Assembly: GCA_031414955.1 (NCBI GenBank) | Contig: JANOQV010000184.1 | Span: 64,001 to 128,000 of the forward strand | Origin: Pedosphaera sp. | Lineage (GTDB): Bacteria; Verrucomicrobiota; Verrucomicrobiia; Limisphaerales; SIBH01 | Length of the DNA stretch: 64,000 nt | Direction: 5' to 3' | In this document: positions 46,325-55,152 of the stretch, one piece after another | How the letters are laid out: the number at the start of each line of letters is the position of its first letter | How positions within the stretch are numbered: the first letter of the stretch is position 1 | The notes under the pieces: model-generated | What the model was told of the DNA's origin: nothing | The model's database searches: none | What the model saw: only the letters and a program-made list of their open reading frames with translations | Position numbers and translations under genes: made by a program

Positions 46325-46819
46325 TCACTCGCCAGCCTGTTGCAACACCTGCGCCACGAAGGACGGGGCCAGATGAAATCCATTCTGCGCCAACTGCGTG
46401 AGCCAGGGCCGTAGCGCGTCAATGCGTCCGGCTTGCTTCCCTTGCATCAGCAGGCCCACCACGCCTCGGGTGCGAAGGCCCAATTGACGCGCGGCTTCAC
46501 GTCCATCCGCTTCATCCATCAGCAGAAAATCCGGCCCGGTTTCTGCGGCGAGGGCAATGGCTTCAGCTTCTCCGTCGTGGAGATTCTGCCGCAGCGTGCG
46601 AACCAAGGGCGCGTTGCCCGGCGTCACGACTTTCAACCAGCCTTGTTTCGCGGCGTTCTGTACATCATTCACGACCTGATGCGACTTACCCTGCACAATC
46701 ACCTCGCGCCACACCGCGTCCGGCACGCGCACTTCCGAAAAGAACAGCGGGAGCAAGGCGAACTGCCCAATCGCACTGAGGTGAATCAGCACTGAGGAAT
46801 CACTGACGGCGGTTGGCAT
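46325..46819 (-). CDS. DUF3368-type PIN-domain protein (putative toxin)
   Basis: VSDSSVLI, VPDAVWREV, LHDGEAEAIALA, LLMDE..GR..A, GVVGLL. Confidence 0.85.
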   Translation of the reverse strand: MPTAVSDSSVLIHLSAIGQFALLPLFFSEVRVPDAVWREVIVQGKSHQVVNDVQNAAKQGWLKVVTPGNAPLVRTLRQNLHDGEAEAIALAAETGPDFLLMDEADGREAARQLGLRTRGVVGLLMQGKQAGRIDALRPWLTQLAQNGFHLAPSFVAQVLQQAGE

Positions 46820-47057
46820 CTTGGCAATCCTCCGCCAGATCAGCCCCGCCGTAGTGGCGGGGGATGGCGCGTTTGCCGAGCACTGCTTCCCATTCCAACC
46901 GCGTCAGACCGGCGAGGGTGCAGGCTTTGCCTGACGCGAGCAGATTCTGAGTGTAGAGCGCCACGGCCAGTTCCAGCCGCAGGCGCGCTTCGATTTCCTG
47001 CGGCGGGACACGCACGCTGGAGAGCACATCGGCGGGAATTTCTAGTGTGACACTCAT
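46800..47057 (-). CDS. UPF0175 family protein (putative antitoxin)
   Basis: 85 aa, LELAVALY....SGKA..LAGL.R, HY...DLAED; overlaps the PIN gene. Confidence 0.85.
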   Translation of the reverse strand: MSVTLEIPADVLSSVRVPPQEIEARLRLELAVALYTQNLLASGKACTLAGLTRLEWEAVLGKRAIPRHYGGADLAEDCQDANRRQ

Positions 47058-47107
47058 GGATGGAGATTAGTGCGGGGCATGGTTTGGGGCAAGGTTCGTC
47101 GAGTTAG

Positions 47108-48178
47108 TTATTTCATCTGCGCCATCAGTTGATCCGTGATCGCCTTCACCATCTCCTCCGCCTGCGGATCGAGTCCGACGGTCGGCGTCTCCTTCGCCGG
47201 CAGCGCGCAGGTCGCGCCCGGACGCCAGTCGCCGGTGTCGCAGAGTTCGCATTCCTTCATGCCGTAGCGCGGGTCCACAAAGCCGAGTGACTTCTTGATG
47301 TTCAGGATGTCGTTCATCTGCGGCCCGGTGAAGGTCTGGATCGGCTTGCCCAACTGGCCGGCGACCACAATCGTGCGACAATAGGCCTCGATGATTTCCA
47401 TCCGCCAATAGGCTTCCTCGATGTTGTTGTGCGACCACGTCACCACGCCGTGATTCGCCATCAGGATGGTGTTGTATTGGTCGGTGAGATCGGCCACGAG
47501 CTTGCCCATGTCCGCAGAACCGGGCGTGCGATACGGCGCGACACCAACGGAGCAGAACACCTCATACTCCGGCAACATGCACGTCGGCGGCGCTTCTCCC
47601 ACGACGGCGAACGCGGTCGCATAAGGCGGATGACAGTGACAGGTGGCCACCGCCTGCGGCTGGCGCTTCATGATCTGCAAGTGCATCAGGATTTCGCTGG
47701 TGCGCTTCTTCGTGCCGCAAAGCTGGTTGCCCTCGAAATCCACGAGGCACATGTCCGACGGCTGGAGCGAGCCTTTGCTCACCAGCGTGGGCGTGCAGAT
47801 GGCAATGTCGTCGCCGACGCGGATGGCCATGTTGCCGCCGTTGCCGTCCACGTAGGCGCGTTTCCACAAGCGATGTCCCATCGCGCAAATCTGTTCCTTG
47901 AAGGCGTGGCAGTAGGGCGAGTTGAAAAACGCTTCGAGGTCGGCCTTGGCTGATTTCGAATTAAGCGGGGTGGCCGGAGCCGTCGTGGTCGTGGCCAGGC
48001 TGCTGGCTGGGGATGCAGCGACCGTTCCGCTCGGCGTCGGGGTCCGCCGAGCATACGCGTAGTCAAGCAACACGTCCTTGGCGGAGGGCGTCAGGATGGC
48101 ATCGGCCGGGAGATTATTCGGATCGCCACCCTTGGCGATGATGGCTTCTATTTCTTTGGCAGTGATGACCGTGTTCAT
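47108..48178 (-). CDS. Class II aldolase (fuculose/rhamnulose-1-phosphate aldolase-like, PvmN-like)
   Basis: GNGGN, TPT.VSKG, TSEILMH, HCHPPYATAF, LMANHG; C-terminal helix EEMVKAITDQLMAQM resembling an encapsulation peptide. Confidence 0.92.
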   Translation of the reverse strand: MNTVITAKEIEAIIAKGGDPNNLPADAILTPSAKDVLLDYAYARRTPTPSGTVAASPASSLATTTTAPATPLNSKSAKADLEAFFNSPYCHAFKEQICAMGHRLWKRAYVDGNGGNMAIRVGDDIAICTPTLVSKGSLQPSDMCLVDFEGNQLCGTKKRTSEILMHLQIMKRQPQAVATCHCHPPYATAFAVVGEAPPTCMLPEYEVFCSVGVAPYRTPGSADMGKLVADLTDQYNTILMANHGVVTWSHNNIEEAYWRMEIIEAYCRTIVVAGQLGKPIQTFTGPQMNDILNIKKSLGFVDPRYGMKECELCDTGDWRPGATCALPAKETPTVGLDPQAEEMVKAITDQLMAQMK

Positions 48179-48235
48179 ATTGGTGAAAGCGAATTGAGCA
48201 GTTGCACGCGGTTGCGAGGACGTGCGCGGCGCGTC

Positions 48236-48421
48236 CCCGGAGGGGACGAATGTGAATAGCCCCGGGTGCAACCCGGGGTGCGAACCGCAGAGATGCCGCA
48301 ACCCCGGAGGGGTTGAACCCGGCACGTCGCATCACGGTTCAACCCCTCCGGGGTTGAACTCACTCCAAGCACTGCCAACCCCGGGTTACACCCGGGGCTA
48401 TTCACGTCGAAGCCCTCCGGG
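48236..48421. repeat. About 186-bp nested palindromic intergenic repeat
   Basis: Perfect 21-bp inner arms (48299-48319/48336-48356), 27-bp middle arms with 1 mismatch (48252-48278/48379-48405), CCCGGAGGG outer arms. Confidence 0.85.
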
Positions 48422-48463
48422 CTTCTTCGCGTGTGCGTTGGCGATTGTGATGGCAACTTCATC

Positions 48464-48766
48464 TCACTTCATTGGGTTGTAGAAAATCTCATCCACCAGA
48501 GCGGCATTGATGGCATCAATCGGCAGCGGGGTTTCAAAAGGCTGCGCGGCTTCGCGGCCCTCAATGTAGCCAATGGTCTGGCCCACGCCGCCACCGAGCG
48601 CGTCATAGACCACGAGGCTCGGATCTTTGCTCAGACCAGCGGGCGTCTCCGTGCCGCTCTGGTAATGCTCGCGCGTGAAGGGCGAAATGATGAGCCAGCG
48701 CGCGCCCGTCAGTTCCGGCAGAGCTTTGCTCAAGGTGACGCGACCGATGACGGCACCAAGTTTCAT
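48464..48766 (-). CDS. BMC-P pentamer (EutN/CcmL family)
   Basis: MKLGAVIGRVTLS, VVYDALGGGVG, EGREAA, PIDAINAALVD. Confidence 0.88.
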   Translation of the reverse strand: MKLGAVIGRVTLSKALPELTGARWLIISPFTREHYQSGTETPAGLSKDPSLVVYDALGGGVGQTIGYIEGREAAQPFETPLPIDAINAALVDEIFYNPMK

Positions 48767-49563
48767 CGCGCAGCCTCCTTCTGCTGGGCGCTGTGCGCCT
48801 GCGGGCCATTCGTGTAAACGTGAAAATCCGTGCCCCAAAAACTCACGGCCTCGCGATGCGGGAACAGCCCCGATTCGCCCAGCACCGAGGCGTAAAGCGG
48901 CGCGCTGTAGATGAGCCAGATTTGCCGCGGATGCTCCGCCACGGAACGCCGCACGTTCTCCACGAACTGCGACAGGATCACGGCGTCGAACGGATTGTAG
49001 AGGAAGAAGACGTTCTCGTCGCCGCGCCACTGGTGTTGGGTCACGTCCGCATGGGTCACTTCAATCGGCGCGAGTGATTGAACTTTGGTGCGGAAGATTT
49101 CGATGTTCTGGCGCGCCCGCTCGCAGAACCTGGGCGAGAACTCGATGCCGACGACCCGCTTGAAATTCTGCCGGGCCGCGAGCATCAGCACCCGTCCTTT
49201 ACCCGAGCCGACATCGACAAAAGTGCTGCCCGCCGGCGGGCGCAGGTGCTTGAGCAGAGCCAGGAACGGGCGTGCCTTGGTGGCCTTGTAGCGCACGGAG
49301 TGCGCGAGGTTTTTCAGGTCGGACTCGAACTGATCGCAGTCCACCGCGCGATTGGTTTCCGTGCCGTGGCGCCAGTCGAAGAACGAATCTTCGATGGTGT
49401 TGAAAACGATCTTCAACGTCGTGCCCAGGCCGCGCTGTTGAATGCTTTCCCTCGCCCAAGACATGGCCTGCGAGAACTTGCCGAACACGCCGATGGCCGC
49501 CATGCCCAGTCCGGCGTCGCCCGGCTCGTTCGCCAACAACGTGATGAATTGCGGCTCGCTCAT
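48763..49563 (-). CDS. Class I SAM-dependent methyltransferase
   Basis: TFVDVGSGKGR, VVGIEFS, HADV, FLYNPF; ATGA overlaps with both flanking BMC-P genes. Confidence 0.88.
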   Translation of the reverse strand: MSEPQFITLLANEPGDAGLGMAAIGVFGKFSQAMSWARESIQQRGLGTTLKIVFNTIEDSFFDWRHGTETNRAVDCDQFESDLKNLAHSVRYKATKARPFLALLKHLRPPAGSTFVDVGSGKGRVLMLAARQNFKRVVGIEFSPRFCERARQNIEIFRTKVQSLAPIEVTHADVTQHQWRGDENVFFLYNPFDAVILSQFVENVRRSVAEHPRQIWLIYSAPLYASVLGESGLFPHREAVSFWGTDFHVYTNGPQAHSAQQKEAAR

Positions 49564-49838
49564 ACCGGCACCCCCGGTTCGAGTTCGTCCACGATGCCGA
49601 CCACGAGCCAACGGGCGGGACTTTTTAGATCGCCCACCGCTTTCCTTGCTTCGGAGCCATCGCTGGAAATCACCACACGCTGGTGCATCCCCGCACCGTG
49701 AGCGTCGATGGCGATTTGCGGCGCGCCTTCGGGTTCGCCCGCGTTGTTGATCGGCTGGCAGATAACGAGCCGCCAGCCCTCGAAGCTCGGATGCTTCCGG
49801 GTGGCGACCACATTGCCTTCGACGCGCGCGAGTAACAT
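49560..49838 (-). CDS. BMC-P pentamer (EutN/CcmL family)
   Basis: ARVEGNVVATRKHPSF, AIDAHGAG, SDGSEAR, VVGIVD. Confidence 0.93.
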   Translation of the reverse strand: MLLARVEGNVVATRKHPSFEGWRLVICQPINNAGEPEGAPQIAIDAHGAGMHQRVVISSDGSEARKAVGDLKSPARWLVVGIVDELEPGVPV

Positions 49839-49841
49839 GGG

Positions 49842-50864
49842 TCAGGGATTTTCCGCCTTCAGGCGAAGCGCAACGCCTGGCGCTTCGATAATGTTCTTGG
49901 AAATCTCAGCCGTCCCAGTCCACAAAGTGACCCGGCCCTCATGACTCGACGTCAACAACCGGTTCCCGTCTCGATTCCAACGGACGCCCCACAGTAGATC
50001 AGGTGATTTGCCGACGTGCCGCAGTTGACCATCTTTCGACCAAATCCGCAGCGCGTCACTCGCTGATGCGAGCAATGAGCCGTCCCGATTCCAACTGATG
50101 CTTCTGAACGCCGCGCCGTCCTTGACTTCAAACGTCTTCAGCAACTTGCAATCAGCCGACCAAAACTGGAGCAGCGGGGCATCGCCCGCATCCGAATTGC
50201 CATAATCACCGACAACAAAAAACTCTCCCGACGGATGCCACTCCACGCACAACAAAAGCGCGAAACCTTTCGCTTGAGGCCGATGGCGCACTCGCTTGGT
50301 GATGTTTCCCTTGCCGTCATACAACGTGATAAACTCACTGACCGTGATGATTCTGTCCTCTGTCGGGTGCCAGGCCACGCCGGTTAAACTCTTGGCATTT
50401 TCGGGCCGGGTCGTGTGCAAAAGTTGTCCGCTCGCGCTCCAGATTTGCAACTCGCCGCGATTGCCAGCCGTAGCCAGAAGCTCGCCGCTCGCATTCCAAG
50501 CGATGCCGCGCGTGCCTTCTTTCGTTTTCAACGTGATCTTTTGCTCGGCCGCCGGATCGTAAATCGCCGTGACACCATCGGCCCCGCCCGAAAGCGCGAG
50601 CAAGTTGCGACGCGGATGCCAGCTCACTTTCGCAACCGCCTTCAATGAATCCAGCGCCGGAGCTGGCTGCTTGAGTTGCGTCTCCGCATCGAAAATCCCC
50701 ACCCACGCTCCTCCAACCGCGAAGCACTTGCCGTCGGCACTCCAATCCACCGACCAGAGAATGTTCTTGCTGCCAGAATCTTTCGCTTTGCACGGCTGAA
50801 CCCATCCGACAGCAAGCAGCAAGGCAACAACCGCAACCAAGTATCCGTGTTTAGCCGTGTTCAT
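49842..50864 (-). CDS. WD40/beta-propeller protein with signal peptide
   Basis: N-terminal hydrophobic signal; repeats WSADG, WHP, WNASG..LAT, WNRDG..LAS, ..IW; codon usage looks less GC-biased than neighbours. Confidence 0.82.
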   Translation of the reverse strand: MNTAKHGYLVAVVALLLAVGWVQPCKAKDSGSKNILWSVDWSADGKCFAVGGAWVGIFDAETQLKQPAPALDSLKAVAKVSWHPRRNLLALSGGADGVTAIYDPAAEQKITLKTKEGTRGIAWNASGELLATAGNRGELQIWSASGQLLHTTRPENAKSLTGVAWHPTEDRIITVSEFITLYDGKGNITKRVRHRPQAKGFALLLCVEWHPSGEFFVVGDYGNSDAGDAPLLQFWSADCKLLKTFEVKDGAAFRSISWNRDGSLLASASDALRIWSKDGQLRHVGKSPDLLWGVRWNRDGNRLLTSSHEGRVTLWTGTAEISKNIIEAPGVALRLKAENP

Positions 50865-50870
50865 CCGCGG

Positions 50871-52367
50871 TTAATAAATCCTCAGGTTGTCCACCATCAC
50901 GCAGCGTCGCACACGCGTGAAGGTCTTCGGGTTGGTCACGCCTTCGCCGGTCGGCGTCGCGATGCTGTAGCTGAGATAACCTTCACCACCGAGACCGAGA
51001 CCAGCCATGCACGGGCCGTTCTTGATGAAGAGCGTCGTGTCGAGCGCGCGACCCATCGCAGTGAGCGCCTCCAAGTCATGCGAGTGAATGATGCTGGTGT
51101 GCTTGTAGCCATGCTCGGCTTCGAGCGAGCGGGCGACGCCCTCTTCAAGATTCTTCACGCGCGTGATCGGGACGAACGGCATCATCTGCTCCTCGACGAC
51201 GAACGGATGATCCGCGCCAGTCTCCGCGAAAAGAAGCTGCGTGCCGGGCGGGATGTTCAGCCCCGCCGCCTTCGCGAGCACGATGGGGTCTTTGCCGATG
51301 AAATCCTTGTTCACGCTCGCATGACCGCAGCCGCCGCCCTGGCCGGGCGTGATGGTGAACGCCGCTTTGGTGAGCGCGTCGAGTTGAGCGTTGCTCAATC
51401 GCACCGCGCCGTTCTGTTCCATCTGCGCCATCAACTTGTCGGCTATCTTGTCGAGCGCGAATACTTCCTTCTCGCCGATGCAGAGCAGATTGTTGTCGAA
51501 GCTCGCGCCTTGAATGATGGCCTTGGCCGCGCGCGTCATGCACGCGGTGTCATCCACATAGACGGGCGGATTGCCCGGCCCGGCACAGATGGCGCGCTTG
51601 CCGGTTTGCATCGCGGCCTTCACCACGCCCGGCCCGCCCGTGACGAGCAGCAGTCGCACCGCTTCGTGTTTGCACATGGCCGCGAAGCTTTCCATCGAGG
51701 GCTTGGAGATGATGGTCGCGATGTTCTCGATGCCCGTCTCGCGATAGATGGCTTCGTTGTAAGCGCGAATGGCTACAGCAGCGCAACGCGCGGCGGCCGG
51801 ATGGGGATTGAACACAACGGCATTTCCCGCTGCACAAATGTTCACGATATTGCCGCTGAGCGTCGGGATGGAATGCGTGCTCGGCGTGACTGCGCCGACG
51901 ACACCGAACGGTGTGTATTCCTCCAGCGTGATGCCATGATCGCCGCTGCGCGCATCCGGCCGCAGCCACTCGACGCCCGGCACGAGCTTGATGATTTCCA
52001 ACTTCGCGATCTTGTGGTCGAGCCGCCCGATCTTCGTCTCGTCGAGTTCGAGCTTGCCCCACGTTTCCGCGTTGGCCTCCGCCATCGCTTTCACGATCTC
52101 GACGATCTTCACGCGCGCGGCGACGCCCTTCTGCTGAAGTTGCAGGAAAGCTTCGTGCGCGGCGGCGCAAGCATCGCTCGCGTCCTCGAACACACCGAGG
52201 TTACCACGCCGAGCGGGGCTACTGCTGGACACACTCTTGCCATTGCAGCCGCAATCATGCTTGGCGGCGGGTGCAGGAGCCGGCGCTGCCGTCGGTGCCG
52301 CGCCGCCCAAGCGGCCCAGCACCTCGGCCACCACATCACGAATCAAAGTTTCGTTCACTGAGCTCAT
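50871..52367 (-). CDS. Acylating aldehyde dehydrogenase (EutE/PduP-like, PvmJ-like)
   Basis: PFGVVGAVTPST, VTGGPGVV, AGPGNPP, FDNNLLCIGEK, EQMMP, TPTGEG; N-terminal NETLIRDVVAEVLGRL encapsulation-like helix. Confidence 0.95.
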   Translation of the reverse strand: MSSVNETLIRDVVAEVLGRLGGAAPTAAPAPAPAAKHDCGCNGKSVSSSSPARRGNLGVFEDASDACAAAHEAFLQLQQKGVAARVKIVEIVKAMAEANAETWGKLELDETKIGRLDHKIAKLEIIKLVPGVEWLRPDARSGDHGITLEEYTPFGVVGAVTPSTHSIPTLSGNIVNICAAGNAVVFNPHPAAARCAAVAIRAYNEAIYRETGIENIATIISKPSMESFAAMCKHEAVRLLLVTGGPGVVKAAMQTGKRAICAGPGNPPVYVDDTACMTRAAKAIIQGASFDNNLLCIGEKEVFALDKIADKLMAQMEQNGAVRLSNAQLDALTKAAFTITPGQGGGCGHASVNKDFIGKDPIVLAKAAGLNIPPGTQLLFAETGADHPFVVEEQMMPFVPITRVKNLEEGVARSLEAEHGYKHTSIIHSHDLEALTAMGRALDTTLFIKNGPCMAGLGLGGEGYLSYSIATPTGEGVTNPKTFTRVRRCVMVDNLRIY

Positions 52368-52372
52368 AATTT

Positions 52373-53233
52373 TTAGTTCTTCAGCCGCTTGGCTTTCTTC
52401 GCTGATTGCGTCAGCGCGAGGTAATTTTCGTTGGTGACAACTTTGCGCCCGCTGCGCTGTTCCAGTTCACGCCGCGCGTTGCCTGCGACCGTGCCACCCT
52501 CGTGCGCCGCCTGTTTGTTTGGATCAAATCCCTGCGTGTCTTTGTTGCGCGTGATCTCCGTCGTCGCCGCCTCGCCCAGCATCGAGAAGATGAGTTCGAG
52601 GTCGCTCATGTGGTCGCGCAAGTTCTCGCGCTTGAGTTTCTTGAACTCGGCGTATTCCGTCGGCGTGAGTCCGAACGTCGCCTTAGAAATCTCCGCCGTA
52701 AGGATCGAGTATTCGCGCTGTTCCTTCACGCCGCGCTTCTTCCACTCGTCGGTAAGTTCGTCGCGGATGGCGATGGAGCGCAGCCGCTTCTCAATCCAGT
52801 CGTCGGAGTAACCCTTGGCCTTGTAGATCGCGCGCGTGCGCTTGGTCGCCAGTTCCGGGTCTTCAATTTCCTGGATGCGCTCGTAGCCAACCTTGGCGAG
52901 CCAGCGTTTGAACGGCTCGGCTTTAGGGCTGGGGATGGATTGAATCAGGCGGAAGATGCCCTCAGTGTTCCAGCACTGAAGCGATTGCCGTCCGCCGGCT
53001 GTCTCGAACTCCAAGCCAAGGGGGGGGGCAATTTGCCCCCCCCCTTTGAGAGCTTCGGCCAATTGCAGGTCACGCTTGCGCATGTCCTTAAAATAGCCTT
53101 GTGGATTCGCCGAATCCGTCAGCACCGCCACGATGTCCGTGATGACAAACCACCACTCATTCCCATGAATGACGCGGCGGATTTCCTTCCGCTGAAACAG
53201 CGCGAGGCGTCGCTCTGGTGGTTGGTCGCTCAT
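52373..53233 (-). CDS. Bro-N domain protein (phage antirepressor-like)
   Basis: LF..KEIRR....EWWFVITDIVAVLTDS, RLIQSIPSPKAEPFK.WLA, ENLRDHM..LELIF. Confidence 0.88.
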   Translation of the reverse strand: MSDQPPERRLALFQRKEIRRVIHGNEWWFVITDIVAVLTDSANPQGYFKDMRKRDLQLAEALKGGGQIAPPLGLEFETAGGRQSLQCWNTEGIFRLIQSIPSPKAEPFKRWLAKVGYERIQEIEDPELATKRTRAIYKAKGYSDDWIEKRLRSIAIRDELTDEWKKRGVKEQREYSILTAEISKATFGLTPTEYAEFKKLKRENLRDHMSDLELIFSMLGEAATTEITRNKDTQGFDPNKQAAHEGGTVAGNARRELEQRSGRKVVTNENYLALTQSAKKAKRLKN

Positions 53234-53242
53234 CTTGGCTCG

Positions 53243-53554
53243 TCAGCTCCTCGCGCTGTAAATCTCTTTCCCCAGCACGTCCACGGAATCAACGATGCCG
53301 ATGATGACGGCATCCACCGGGGCGTCTTTCATGCCGCCGGCAAGGCGGGCGCTGCTGCCCTGGCAGAACAGCACGAGTTCATTGATGCCCGCGCCCAGGC
53401 TGTCCACGGCCACGATGGTGTTCGCGCCGGGACGGAACTTGGTGGGGTCTTTTTCATCCACCAATTGCGGGCGCAGCAGGAGCAGCTTGCGGCCGTTCAT
53501 GCTGGCCTCTTTCTTGGTGGAGACCACGGAGCCTTCGACGCGTGCGAGGAACAT
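53243..53554 (-). CDS. BMC-P pentamer (EutN/CcmL family)
   Basis: ARVEGSVVSTKK, VAVDSLGAGINE.VL, QGSSAR, PVDAVIIGIVD. Confidence 0.95.
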   Translation of the reverse strand: MFLARVEGSVVSTKKEASMNGRKLLLLRPQLVDEKDPTKFRPGANTIVAVDSLGAGINELVLFCQGSSARLAGGMKDAPVDAVIIGIVDSVDVLGKEIYSARS

Positions 53555-53557
53555 AAA

Positions 53558-53640
53558 AGTAATCAGTTATCAGTGTTCAGTAATCAGTGGAAACAGCCGC
53601 ACGTCGCGACTGAATACTGATTACTGGGTCACTGATTACT
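53558..53640. repeat. Heptamer-unit (CAGTAAT-like) palindrome
   Basis: AGTAATCAGTTATCAGTGTTCAGTAATCAGT ... ACTGAATACTGATTACTGGGTCACTGATTACT; fills the intergenic gap and includes the BMC-H stop codon. Confidence 0.8.
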
Positions 53641-53920
53641 TCTTCTTGGGCAACACGGCGTCCACGTCCGAGTGCGGGCGGGCGATGACATGCACGCTCA
53701 CGACTTCGCCCTTGATGGCCTTGATGGCCTGGGCACCGGCGTCGGTGGCGGCCTTCACGGCGGCGACATCGCCGACCACGACGGCGGTGACGAGCGCGTT
53801 GCCGACCTGGGTCATCGGGCCGGCGAGCTCGACGTTCGCGGCCTTGAGCATCGCGTCCGTGCCCTCGACGAGAGCCACGAGACCGCGGGTTTCAATCATT
53901 CCAATTGCTAGTTGTGCCAT
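53636..53920 (-). CDS. BMC-H hexamer shell protein
   Basis: [35 protein letters not shown]. Confidence 0.96.
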   Translation of the reverse strand: MAQLAIGMIETRGLVALVEGTDAMLKAANVELAGPMTQVGNALVTAVVVGDVAAVKAATDAGAQAIKAIKGEVVSVHVIARPHSDVDAVLPKKK

Positions 53921-53956
53921 ATGTTTTCTTTGTGTTGATGGTTAAGAGTTAGAAAT

Positions 53957-55150
53957 TCAGTTATTCGAGTTTTCCAAGAGTCGTTTGGTTTCGCGGGCCA
54001 CGACGAGTTCCTCATTCGTCGGAATCACCAGCACCTTCACGCGCGAGTTCGTGGCGCTGATGACAGCTTCGGTGGCGCGGGTGGAATTGTTTTTCTCCGA
54101 GTCGAGCACGATGCCGAGCTGGTCGAGGTTCGCGCAAATCGCGGCGCGCAGTTCGGCGCGGTTCTCGCCGATGCCGGCGGTGAACACGATGGCGTCGGCA
54201 CCGTTCATCTGGAGGAAGTAGCCACCGATCCAGCGGCGGGCTTCGCTGACGAATACGTCAATCGCAAGCTTGGCCTTGGCGTTGCCCTTCGAGGCGGCGT
54301 CCTGGATGTCGCGAATGTCGTTCGAGAGCCCGCCGGCAAGCCCCTTCAATCCGCCTTCCTTGGCAAACTGGCGTTGAGCCTCTTCGATCGAGAGGCCGAG
54401 TGTCTTGACGACATAGGGCAGGGCCTCGGCATCAAGATCGCCCACGCGATTGTTGTGCGGCAAACCGGACTGCGGACTCATACCGAGACTGTTGCCGATG
54501 GCCACGCCGTTCAGGATGCCCGTGATGCTCGAACTGCCGCCGAGGTGGCAGGAGATGACGCGCAGCGGCGTGTTATGTGCGACGGACTTGTTGCCATTCA
54601 CGTAGAGGCTTTGCGCACGGGCGGCGACGTCTGCCCGTTCAAGCATTTCCGCACTGCGCTCAGCGATGAACTTGTGGCTCGCGCCATGAAAGCCCCAGCG
54701 ACGCACGCCGATGTCGTGCCAGGAATCCGGCACGGCGTAGCGCATCATCGGCTCAGGCGCGAACTGATAGAAGGCGGTCTCGAACAGACCGACCAGCGGC
54801 ACCGCCGGCATCCGCTGAGCGAAGAGGCGAATGCCGGTGATGTAGGGCGGATTGTGCGCCGGCGCGAGGCCGTTGTAATCCTCCATCGCCTTCAGCACGC
54901 GCGCATCAAGCCGCACACAGCCAGTCACATCCTTCGCGATGACGGTCTTAAAGCCAACGGCTGCGAGTTCGCTTTCGTTGGCGATGGCCCCGGCTTCCTT
55001 GAGCTGCGCGAGGCAATCCTCAATCGCCTTGGGATAATCGGTCACGCGCTCGAAGCCGCCCTTGTGGAGCAGCTTCTCGGCGCTGTTCGAGAAGTCGAAC
55101 AGGCGCCACTTGAGCGAGGTCGAGCCGATGTTGGCGATCAGAATCTTCAT
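53957..55150 (-). CDS. ackA: Acetate/propionate kinase family protein (PvmG-like)
   Basis: ANIGSTSLK, APAHNP, RRWGFHGASH, CHLGGSSS, FTAGIGEN, IPTNEELVVA. Confidence 0.9.
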   Translation of the reverse strand: MKILIANIGSTSLKWRLFDFSNSAEKLLHKGGFERVTDYPKAIEDCLAQLKEAGAIANESELAAVGFKTVIAKDVTGCVRLDARVLKAMEDYNGLAPAHNPPYITGIRLFAQRMPAVPLVGLFETAFYQFAPEPMMRYAVPDSWHDIGVRRWGFHGASHKFIAERSAEMLERADVAARAQSLYVNGNKSVAHNTPLRVISCHLGGSSSITGILNGVAIGNSLGMSPQSGLPHNNRVGDLDAEALPYVVKTLGLSIEEAQRQFAKEGGLKGLAGGLSNDIRDIQDAASKGNAKAKLAIDVFVSEARRWIGGYFLQMNGADAIVFTAGIGENRAELRAAICANLDQLGIVLDSEKNNSTRATEAVISATNSRVKVLVIPTNEELVVARETKRLLENSNN

Positions 55151-55152
55151 TA

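Noticed and set aside
52373..53233. Prophage suggested by the Bro-N gene
   Set aside because: No integrase, structural or replication phage genes nearby
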